Shown here piece by piece: positions 55,001-64,000 of a stretch of DNA of 64,000 nucleotides (its first letter is position 1; each line of letters starts with the position of its first letter). Source of the DNA: Phoronis australis. Its lineage: Eukaryota; Animalia; Phoronida. Made by a program: the position numbers and the translations under genes. The DNA is taken from contig NMRA01000223.1 of NCBI GenBank assembly GCA_002633005.1, positions 442,290 to 506,289 on the forward strand. The letters are read 5' to 3'. The notes beneath the pieces are model-generated. The model worked only from the letters and a program-made list of their open reading frames with translations. It was not told where the DNA came from and did not search any database.

Positions 55001-58000
55001 CCTCACATGGCCTCGGTGTCCGGTCAATTAGTTTTATTGCACCTAAAGCCGGTAATGCAGTGATTTATTCATTGTTGGCTTCTCAAATCATTTTCACTCC
55101 CAAACATTCCAAAGGCATTACGAATTGCATCTAATGAGACAGGCTTTGTTTCAGTTTTGTATAAGTATTGGTTAGGGTGAGAATAATTCATTTTGAAACA
55201 GAACGCTCAGTAATAAACGTCAACATTGCAACTTGCAATTCCGACTTGGAGGAGTACTCATCTGATGAAGACTTCCCAGGTAGACCGTTAAGTTTCTCAG
55301 GATATCAGTTCGAACCAGAATACACTGATTAAGAATTATTAGAGAGGCCCCGTGAATGTCCACAGACAATGTAGCATATGGTTAGATCCAAAAACTGTCC
55401 CAATGACTTGTCATGGTGTCTGTGTGCTAAATGCATCGTAATGGAAACAACTGACGCTTGCGTTTGTTGCCACGATATTCAACATGTGAAACGCCTTCTT
55501 GGAGAAGCAGAAATGTGTCTCACGGATCACCCTGATTTTGCACTGCATCTGAACAGAGGTGTGCTCACAAAGTTTTTTAGGGCTGGGAAAAAGAACTGGC
55601 GAAAACATCCTACACCCAGAGGACCAAACAGAAGCCTGATGAACGAGAAAGTCATCAAACAGGTTATATAACATGATCGCACCCAGCCTAAAATATAGGG
55701 GTGGACTTGCTGAACGCAAACACAATAGGCACAGCATCTGACTTCTGCCTCCGGTCGCTTTTTCTGCCCTGACATGAGCTGTTTGGCAAGCCGGGATTCG
55801 TCAGTGAAGTCACTGTCCACGAAATGCCGGCCACAGACACGCAGATGTTTCATGGCTTCGAACATGGTATGAACGCCATACTTTTCATTTTTCACTGCCG
55901 CGAGCCGCTTTCAAAGCATTTCGAGCTCTCAAGGAAATCGAAAAAATGATGTACCCACTTTCCTCGCAGCTTCATAGTTTGCACAAGCGCGAACGACATA
56001 CCACACCATGACGGTACTCACTCTGCAGATGAACCACTGACGTCGCTGCGGAGTTTCTCACCTTCTTCACAGGTTAACGCGACACCTCTCGGCAAGGTAA
56101 GGTCGACCGTGTACAAGCCGATGTGACCACAGACTGATGAAGACGGTAAAAAAGACTAATTAAATCGGGTGGCATTGTCCTTTAAGGAGTCAATAATGAC
56201 TAGCCTTCTAATTTCGGGGTGAATTCGACATAATCTGCACTACCTCGTTGCAATTTTTACTTTTACCAGCTTTCTCGTGTACACCTTTTTATCTGCTAAA
56301 CTGCACTATGGATCACTATGAAAATTGGCAGATGTGTTAGTGCTGAGAAGACTTCAGTTGATGTTGATTTTTAGATGTATTCGACTTATATGGTGCACCC
56401 TAGTAATAATTTGTTTTAATTTATTTACATCCACGGCTGTATCTCCACAACTGCTTGCATTGCCTTCCCATTTTTATGCGCCCACATATTTATATGTGAA
56501 CGCATTATGCCGTCATCTCCGTCTGTCCTTCCGTACGGGCGGCGTCCGTCCGGCGTCCGCTGCTCTATCTCCAAAACCCTTTGATATATGTTCATGAAAT
56601 TTGGCACATATGTTCCGTTCATGAATGGGACGGCATGTGCGAACATTCGGACGGATCCGACTACCGGTGAGCCCCCTAGTGGCAATTTTATTTTTTTACG
56701 CTTACCTTTGTATCTTCAAAAGTCCTGAACGGATTTTCATGAAATTTGGTATGTAGGCACTTATTAGTGAGATGACGCTATCCTCCTGTTTTCAGATGGA
56801 TTCGACATAGTTTGCGCCACCTAGTGTCCATTTTTAGTGTTTTCGAGTGTGTTTTTGTGCGTCAACCCCTCTATCAACCAAACTGCTCAAAGGATGATTG
56901 TGAAAATTGGCATGTATGTGCTTACTATAAAGAAGACAGCTGACAATGATTTTCAGACGATTTGGATTACTGTGGCGCCTCCTAGTGGCAGTTTTTTTTT
57001 GCCTATGGCTGTATCTCCTAAACCGTTCACAGGATCTTTACGAAATTTAATAAGTGTAATTATATGATGTTAACAACAAATGATGACGACTTTTGGACGA
57101 ATCCGCCTACCAGTGTGCCCCCTAGTGGCAATTTTATTTTTTTACGTTTACCTCTATCTTCACAAGTCCTTAACAGATTTTCATGAAATTTGGTATGTAG
57201 GCACCTATTAGTGCGATGACGCTATCCTCCCGTTTTCGAATGGATTCGACCCTAGTTTGCGACACCCAGTGGCCATTTTTACTGTTTTTGAGTCTGTTTT
57301 TTGGCGTCCACCCCTCTATTAACCAAACCGCTCTAACGATGATTGTGAAAATTGGCATGTATGTTTTTACTATGAAGAGGACGGTTGACGCTGAATTTCC
57401 CATGGCTTTGATTACTGTGGCGCCTCCTAGTGGCAGTTTTTTTTTGCCCCCGTGGCTGTATCTCCCAAACCGTTTGCAGGATCTTTACTAAATTTAGCCA
57501 GTGTATTTATGTGATGTTGACAACGGACGATGACGACTTTAGGATGATTTTGACTACCGGTATGCCTCTAGTGGCAATTTAAGTATTTCACATTGACCTT
57601 TGTATTTTCATAGGTCTTCAGGTATATACTTTGTGTTACTTCGTGACTATGAAGGAAAAATTCCAAGTAGAAATTTGTTTCTGGCATTCTAATGCTGTGC
57701 TAATCTCGTATGTTGGTAAATTTGTTTTTAATTCTATGTTTCTGTGGTGCTTTAAGCAACTGATGTATAGGATGTGCTTGTATTATGAAGATCACTCACA
57801 TTTTGCCCCTAGCCTATTGAGGAGACAATGACCATGCCTTTCCATTTTGCAAAGTACAACATACTACATATATGCCCTCTACTGGCCACTTTATGGTACC
57901 AATAAACAACGCTAGAAGGATACCGTATACGGTGCATTTGTGGGCACATTTCAATGCTCTGCGTTGCTCTTGTTGGACAAATTTAATGTATTGTGCGTAA

Positions 58001-61000
58001 CTTAATCTAGCCAAGTCACCTATTAAATCAATGTGCTTATTTTATGTTGAGAGTGGTTCTCAGTAAACTCGCGTGCATTTTTCAAGGTTAGCTTTTTCAG
58101 CTAACATCAATTTTTGCAGCTAACAGCAATGTTTTATGGTTGTGTAGTAATTACTGTGTCATTGTTCTTCTTATTTCGTGCTGCACAAATTATTGCATTT
58201 TGTCAATCAAGTAGTAAACAGATGTGACAGGTTGTGCTAAGATGATGGCGCAATCTGTCACTACCAAATTAAGTCTACCAATTAATATTCTTGCTATAAT
58301 TTTCACTGAGCAGTTAATTAATTTTTCACTCCTCACTAGTACTTTGTCGTTATGTCAGTGATGGTTCCGTCCCCAAGAGTTCCTCCCCGACTCCCGGCAA
58401 GCACACGAAGTTTGTAACGGCTATCAGCTGTTGTTTACCCACCCACCCTGGGGTCCTTTGTGAGTATAAGTGGATTATATTTCTCATTACTTGCAACAGA
58501 TACCTTCACAACAGTAACTTTCTTTACGGTAGGTCTCCCGAGCTTCACATTGATTAATTAATGCTAAATTGATAGCTATGAGTATGCTATGGGATTTGGG
58601 ACCTGCTTGGTAATAACTGGAAATTATACAATTGCTTAGGCGCTCACATCCAAAGTAAGCCTCCAAGCGGTGTAAAATTTCTGAATTAAATGCAGCTAAT
58701 ATTTGTGAGTAACTATATACCGAGTGTTCTATGTTAATGTTGAAATGACCCCAAGACTCGATTTTGTCAAAAACAAGTTTTGATTTAGACCATGTCACTT
58801 TAAAAATTGGTTGCAACTTCCACCTTACTCATTACTGCTTTCTGGTCTTGAGCTGAATTGACAGTTTGTTATCGGTTCAAACCCACAGAGTCATAGAGTT
58901 GACTTGTCATGCCAGGTTAGGTTCAGTCGCTGAAGCAGTATAATCGTCATTGAATCGTGATTTCAGGCATTTTGTTTAAGTCAATTTCAATTCAAGCAAA
59001 GGATAAATACACAATGACGTTGTTGGTAGAAGACAGTTCAAATACAACAGGAAAGCATTTTTTGACACCGGGTGTCTGTTTCATGAAAATGAGGCGAGAC
59101 TTGGGACATAAATTTGGTCTCGCATTCCACACAATTGTTTGTAAAAACTATTACAGTTGAGCAAAAGAGAAAAGTGTCTGAGAGTACATATTACATAACT
59201 GCTAATTACTAAGAGAAGTTCAGTCTATAAATTATTTCTAGGCAGTGATGCACTTGTTATTATTTGGCTAAGTCTTTATTCATCAATGGTAAAGTGATAG
59301 GCTATAGCATAATGCCAAAGGATGACTTGTATTGGCTTTAAGCACTCTTTACAATCACGTTAGATACAGATGAGTGGAGTTATCAGAGTGTACAATACAA
59401 GCCAGAAGCACAGTATTTAGACAAAGAGACTTGCAATTCCTCGTCATGTCGGCTCGGCGAAGGCCAAATTCATTTTGAGAATAGTCCTCCCTCATGACTC
59501 AAAACGAGAGAGATTTAACAGGAAAGTTTGTAAAGTGGCTACGTTGTTCTGCAGTTGAGAGTTTTGTTGCCCTGACAGTCATTACCAGTCAAGCTGTTAA
59601 CAAAATTAACTGTCGTGACTAGGAAACCGTATTTTGTCTGATTACTTTTGTCTGATATTGTATGAAGTGTAAACTTTGATGCTTACCCTAGTATGATGGC
59701 ACAAGAGCTTTTTTGAGGAATAATACTTGTTTTTGCTAGGTCACCGAATAATTCTTTCCGATTGATGAATGGATAGCGAAATAAATTTCATGTCACACAA
59801 TCAGAATGTTCTGCAGTTTTCAAAATGAACTAGACAGTCTTCGACAGAAATCTGCCACACTTGAATAAACTTTTTGTCAGAATGTTTGGCTGTTTGACCA
59901 AACTTTGGTCGCAGTAAAATGGCAGTTTTGTTAGGTGGAGTTTATTGGAGTGTTATTGTGCCTAATAATCGATAATTGTTTCTATGTGAAGGCACTTGTA
60001 AAGTGACTTGTAAAGGTAACTTGGCTCCATGGTTTCAACAATTTAAAGTATGTGAAGCAACACCTGTCAAGATTTCATCAGAATTTAATTAGCCAGAATT
60101 GAAACAAGTTCTAGTGGAAAACAAAATATTTTGTTTCAGTTTTATTTGGCAAAAGTTCATGGAATTCCAATGTTGCCCATTCTGAAAGTTGAACGTTTTC
60201 GACCAATTCTGAGACTGGTTTTCCTCAGCTGTCTTATTGCAGCTGACTAGAGTTGGCCGAAACGTTATATGGTAAATGTTATCTCCATTCTTGAAATGCT
60301 TTTCACTTGTTTCTTGTTGTATTGTGGACTATTTCCAATGTTTGTGCATCTATCCTGTGTTGTCTTTCATGATCTCTTTCACGTCTTTGATGTGAACGCT
60401 ACACCACCACTGGTAGTGAAATCTGAACTTTTCTCTCCGTTGGTAAAATTTGCCTCTTTGTTGTGGTAAACAGTCCTAGACCTACAAGAGTCTATACAAT
60501 TCCTCAATGAAAGACGAGAATTCATGGAGAATAAATGCTATAGAGCACAGCTTAACTATCCTGCCGTGACCTCCTACTTCTTGTTCAGTCTTACATTCGT
60601 CCACGGTCTGCTGCTGTATCTCCAAAACCCCGTCATGGATGTTTGTGAAAATTTCCAGACATATTTATATCATGTATGGGACTGCACAAGTGAATGTTCA
60701 GATGCATTTGACTACCACTCAGCCCCCTAATGACAATTTTTGTTGTTTGTGTTAGCCTCTATGCCATGCTCTTGAATGGATTGTCATGAAATTAGGGTAA
60801 TAAGTTTCCATTGTAAAGATAACTTTTTCCTATGGATTTTACATAACTTACATCTCCTAGCAGCCATTTTTGTTACGACAAAATGTTCTAATTTTCGGAT
60901 AAATTCAGTGTACTCTATGCACCCTATTGGCTATTTTTATTACTTTTGTGTATACTTAGCATCTGCCTATCTGCCAAAGCACTGTAGATGCAATCCTATT

Positions 61001-63622
61001 GAGATGTGAATTTTCCGACAGGTCCAACTACTGTAGCACCTCGTGGTGACAAATTTGCTTTATGCCTTTGCCGCATTGCCTATGAAGTTCCTCGATGGAT
61101 CTTCCTGAAATTTGGTGTTTGTGTTCCAGAACAGTACGCCTGACATTAATTTGGGGGGGATCCAACTACTGTGGTGTCCTCTACTGGCAATTTAATTTTC
61201 TTTGTGTATGGCTTTATGTCTGCAAAGCTTCTTCATGGATATTTCGCAAAATTTGGCAAGAAATTCATGAAGGAAATGACAGCACTTGCTTTGTTTTGTA
61301 TGGATTTGACTTATGTCACCTCCTCTAGTTGCCTTTTTTACATGATTTGCAGTTTCTTTAAAGAGGCATGGCATGGGAAAGCTCGTCAAAAATATCTTTT
61401 GAACAATTCCTGACAAAAGTACCATCTGAAAACGTCTAGTACAGAGTAATTCACGTTTCCCCGTGAGGAAATTGCCAGAAGAAATCACAAAATTCACGAT
61501 TTTTGAAATACGGGTGAAGGAAAAACTCTGTAGTTACCTCAGAGTTTCTTTTCTCCCTCCCACTTATGATGAATGCGCACATGCACTCAGTCTGTTGCTT
61601 GAAGTCGCTTGAGGTCAAAGGTCACATTTTCCATATGAGGGAAATGTACTACATCTATGTCTTGTCATACCAAATAAGGAGACTTGCTTTTCCTTGAAAA
61701 ATTGACGAAGTGGCGAGCAGTTGACAGATCGTTGAAATTTGAAACTAATAGAACATGCTTTGATATCAACAGAAATTAAAAATCTTTACGAACGTACCTT
61801 AAAAATACCTGGTGAGAAGGTTGAACTCTGTTTCTGTGGCAGAGAAACAGTTCAATTTAGTCTGTTTATGGCGTTCCAGGCCTGTTTATACACTGTTTAT
61901 ACATGAATTCGACAGATATGATTTTTATGCACCCACATATTTATATGTGGATGCATTATGCCGTTATCTGTGTCTGTCCGTCCATCCATCCGTCTGTCCG
62001 GGCATCGTCTGTCCGGCGTCCGCGGCTCTATCTCCAAAACCGATTGACATATGTTCATAAAATTTTGCATAATTTTATGTGTTCCTTTCTTGGATGGGAC
62101 AGCATGAGCGAACTTTCGAACGGATGCAACTACCGATGTGCCTCCTAGTGGCAATTTTAGTTCTTTACATTTACCTCTGTATCTTCAAAGGTCCTCAACG
62201 TATTTTCATAAAATTTAGTATATAGGCATCTATTAGTGAGACGACGGTATCCTCTCGTTTTCGGAAGATTCAACGTAGTTTGCTCCACATAGTCGCCAAT
62301 TTTACTGTTTTCAAGTCTGTTTTTTGACGTCCACCCCTCTATCAACCAAACCGCTTTAAGCATGTATGTTCTTACTATGAAGATGACGGTTGACGATGAT
62401 TTTTTTACAACTTCAACTACTGTGGCGCCTCCTAGTGGCATTTTTTGCGCCTATGGCTATATCTCCTAAACCGTTTGCAGCATTTTTACTAAATTTAGTT
62501 AGTGCATTTATATGATGTTGACAATGGACGACGACGACTTTCGGACAAATCTGACAACTGGTGTGCCACCTATTTGCAATTTTATTTTTTTTTACGTTTA
62601 CCTCTGTATCTTAAAGGTCTTCTACGTAATTTCATAAAATTTGGCGTACAGGCTTCTGTTAGTGAGGTGACGCTATCTTTCTGTTTTCAAATGGATTCGA
62701 CCTAGTTTGTACCATGCAGTGGCCATTTTTACTGTTTTTGAGTCACTTTTTTGATATCCACTCCTCTATCAACCAAACCGCTTTCACGATAATTGTGAAA
62801 ATTTTAGGGGGGCCATGGCCCCCCTAATTCCGCCACTGGTGTAGAATATGATGACAGTTTTGGAAGAAGCAAGCAGGCCTTGGTAGAAAGTCATTTTTAA
62901 CACTAGAACGTGGTTCATAGTGACTGATGGATTTCTTTAATAGCTGGTCTTTACTTAAAGGATACCAAACCAGGTTTTGACTCATTAACAAAAAAGAAGA
63001 AAAAAAAACACTTTCCCATCCAATTCTCTGAAACAAAATAATGCTCTGAAACCCTTGACATACATCAAAAGTTTTTAGGAACTCCTTTTAAAGTCTCCTA
63101 AACGTTCAAGCGTGACCTATGCTTTTAGCTAATTATATACATATAGCAGCTGTGGTAAAAGACCACCCACCAAGGATCATAACACCCAATTTGTGACATA
63201 GTGGGTATGAATTTTTAGTTGATTCCTGCTTTTGCCTTTCAAGATGGATGTCAGTGATGCATTTGCTGGTGAAACAACGGTGATTGGTTGAAATCATCAA
63301 AATCGGGCTTAGTATCCTTTTAATTATACATTTTGCAGAGACAGGTGGTATAGCCAACATTGTGGAATTGATGGTATCCACGTTTCCTGGAGGCTCTGGT
63401 CAGATCTATAGCCAGATGGAAGCCATGCGTGACTTGCTTGAGAGAGAGCTTGGCGTGGACTGTGTTTTACGGGTGCATAGAGCACTCCAACAAACTGTTG
63501 AAGGGGCCAGTCAACTCGGAATGAGTGACCTGTGCAAGCTCATCACACCCGACAAGACATATTATTTACCTCTTGTTGTACAGTTACTAACTATGGAGGT
63601 ATTTGCATATCAACTTATTTGA
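37054..63622 (+). CDS. NEK1: NIMA-related kinase, NEK1/3/5 clade. Kinase exons 37054-37312, 39749-39801, 40511-40583, 42723-42876, 44479-44616, 45042-45252; probable tail exons 46501-46626, 48646-48994, 63339-63622 (the last may end at a donor after 63598 and continue beyond the window)
   Basis: Motifs: [100 protein letters not shown]. The last exon (IYSQMEAMRDLLERELG...LPLVVQLLTME) resembles the NEK1 C-terminal helical region. All junctions are phase-compatible. Tail exons and exact orthology are less certain than the kinase domain. Confidence 0.85.
38887..38962 (+). repeat. Tandem duplication, 2 x 37 bp
   Basis: TTAGTCAAATAACAGCCAATCACAGAGCAGCTAGCCA repeated with one mismatch. Confidence 0.85.
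39274..39509 (+). repeat. Minisatellite, 4 x 57 bp
   Basis: Unit AAGCCAAAGGTATTCAGACAAAATGACCTCCACTTCCCCATCATAATAGTTGGATGA starts at 39274, 39331, 39388 and 39445. It abuts a family C repeat. Confidence 0.95.
41205..42222 (+). mobile_element. HINE/DINE-like family A, 5'-truncated young copy
   Basis: It has a (GTCC)n microsatellite, ~150-bp internal subunits, and a 3' end of TGTGGGCGCAT (subTIR) + hairpin CAACGC-TCT-GCGTTG + CTCTTGT. It is near-identical to the copies at 51237 and 56471. Confidence 0.85.
42877..44478 (+). other. U12-type (minor spliceosome) GT-AG intron in the NEK kinase domain
   Basis: The 5' site is GTATCCTT. A branch-like TTTTTCCTGAC has its A (44465) 13 nt before the 3' end, with no polypyrimidine tract. 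Splicing restores QP|YNCKSD (phase 2). Confidence 0.85.
50230..52788 (+). mobile_element. Nested HINE-like family A copies: older 50230-52788 interrupted by younger 51237-52553
   Basis: There are two 5' ends (TTTTATGCGCCC.CATATTTATAT at 50230 and 51237) and two 3' hairpin ends (52553 and 52788). The host sequence resumes in register after 52553. Confidence 0.8.
51563..52313. other. Assembly gap (751 N) inside a repeat copy
   Basis: Run of N; both flanks are family A sequence. Confidence 1.
55240..55671 (+). pseudogene. KolX / P2X7 cytoplasmic ballast-like Cys-rich protein remnant
   Basis: SGYQFEPEYTD*...WCLCAKCIVMETTDACVCCHDI...CLTDHPDF fits the WCxCxxC...CxCC...CxTxHxxF pattern. It has in-frame stops upstream and is truncated downstream. 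Confidence 0.75.
55740..56009 (-). pseudogene. THAP domain of the transposase, inactivated
   Basis: MVWYVVRACAN...SFFRFP*ELEML*KRLAAVKN...LRVCGRHFVDSDF; two stops, with the conserved C and W mutated. Confidence 0.8.
56471..57974 (+). mobile_element. Full-length HINE/DINE-like family A copy with a ~446-bp higher-order internal repeat
   Basis: It has a 5' TTTTTATGCGCCCACA with a nearby inverted copy, a GTCC-like microsatellite, seven ~140-161 bp subunits, and a 3' subTIR + hairpin + CTCTTGT. It sits in T-rich sequence with no TSD. Confidence 0.85.
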
Positions 63623-64000
63623 TTTTCATGAAATTTGGCAAATAGTTACCTGTTAAGGAGACGATACTTGTTTCCTTTTTTCAAAGATTAGACATACTTT
63701 GTGCCACCTACCCTTTATTTGTACTGTTTTTTTCCACCTCTGGCTCAGCCAAACCACTCGAAGATCATTACAAAAACTAATATATGTGTTCCTACTGTGA
63801 AGAGGGCTGACAATTATTTTCGGACGGTTCTGACTTCTGTGGCATCTCCTTGTGGGATTTTTTGTTGCATCCATGGCTGCATTTCCTAAACTCTTCAGAA
63901 TCTTTGTTAAATTTGGATAGTGTATTTTTATGTAAGTGGCAATGAATGGCTACCAGTTTGGATGGATCTAAGCTGTGTCCCCTGCTGGCAATTTTAGTTT
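60590..64000 (+). mobile_element. Further family A copies (~60590-61350 old, 61922-62805, 63625-64000)
   Basis: The same 5' end is at 61922 (TTTTTATGCACCCACATATTTATATGTGGATGCATTATG), with the same internal subunits. Confidence 0.75.

Larger units (their letters stand above)
54149..56181. mobile_element. Kolobok-type DNA transposon, internally deleted and non-autonomous (2033 bp)
   Basis: TTAA TSDs lie at 54145-54148 and 56182-56185. The 15-bp TIRs GGGAGAATGCCACCC / GGGTGGCATTGTCCT match at 13/15, with RR...YY termini. It carries THAP and KolX-like remnants. Confidence 0.85.

Noticed and set aside
59364-59497. Open segment after an AG as a NEK exon
   Set aside because: It has no GT donor before the stop, and its 3' part overlaps repeat family C.
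60190-60266. Hammerhead-like CTGAGGA...GAAA on the minus strand within an inverted repeat (Penelope-like)
   Set aside because: Stem I cannot form and the stem II closing pair is wrong; at best this is a dead remnant.
63312-63320. Perfect U12 donor GTATCCTTT near the last NEK acceptor
   Set aside because: It has no upstream exon or matching U12 branch/acceptor, and one chance 9-mer is plausible in 64 kb on two strands.

Overview
AT-rich, intron-rich animal (probably bilaterian invertebrate) genomic DNA from a draft assembly, with one 751-nt N gap and one single-N join. There are no prokaryotic features, and most ORF-track entries are spurious. I reconstructed four spliced genes by hand, checking exon phase. 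(1) dCMP deaminase (DCTD, minus): 5' exon unresolved, with many substitutions at conserved sites. (2) A TMEM255/FAM70-like four-TM protein (plus, ~330 aa). (3) Selenoprotein T (minus): in-frame TGA in a CxxU motif, a clear SECIS in the 3' UTR and a candidate hairpin next to the UGA. (4) A NEK1-like kinase (plus), head-to-head with SELENOT, containing a U12-type intron. The rest is largely transposon-derived. Two Helentron-associated (HINE/DINE-like) families are present, and one carries co-oriented CTCF-consensus motifs every ~140-160 bp. There is also a 2-kb Kolobok-type element (TTAA TSD, THAP plus P2X7-ballast-like remnants), a Tc1 remnant, other THAP fragments and minisatellites. Family assignments rest on recalled homologue motifs, not on database searches.
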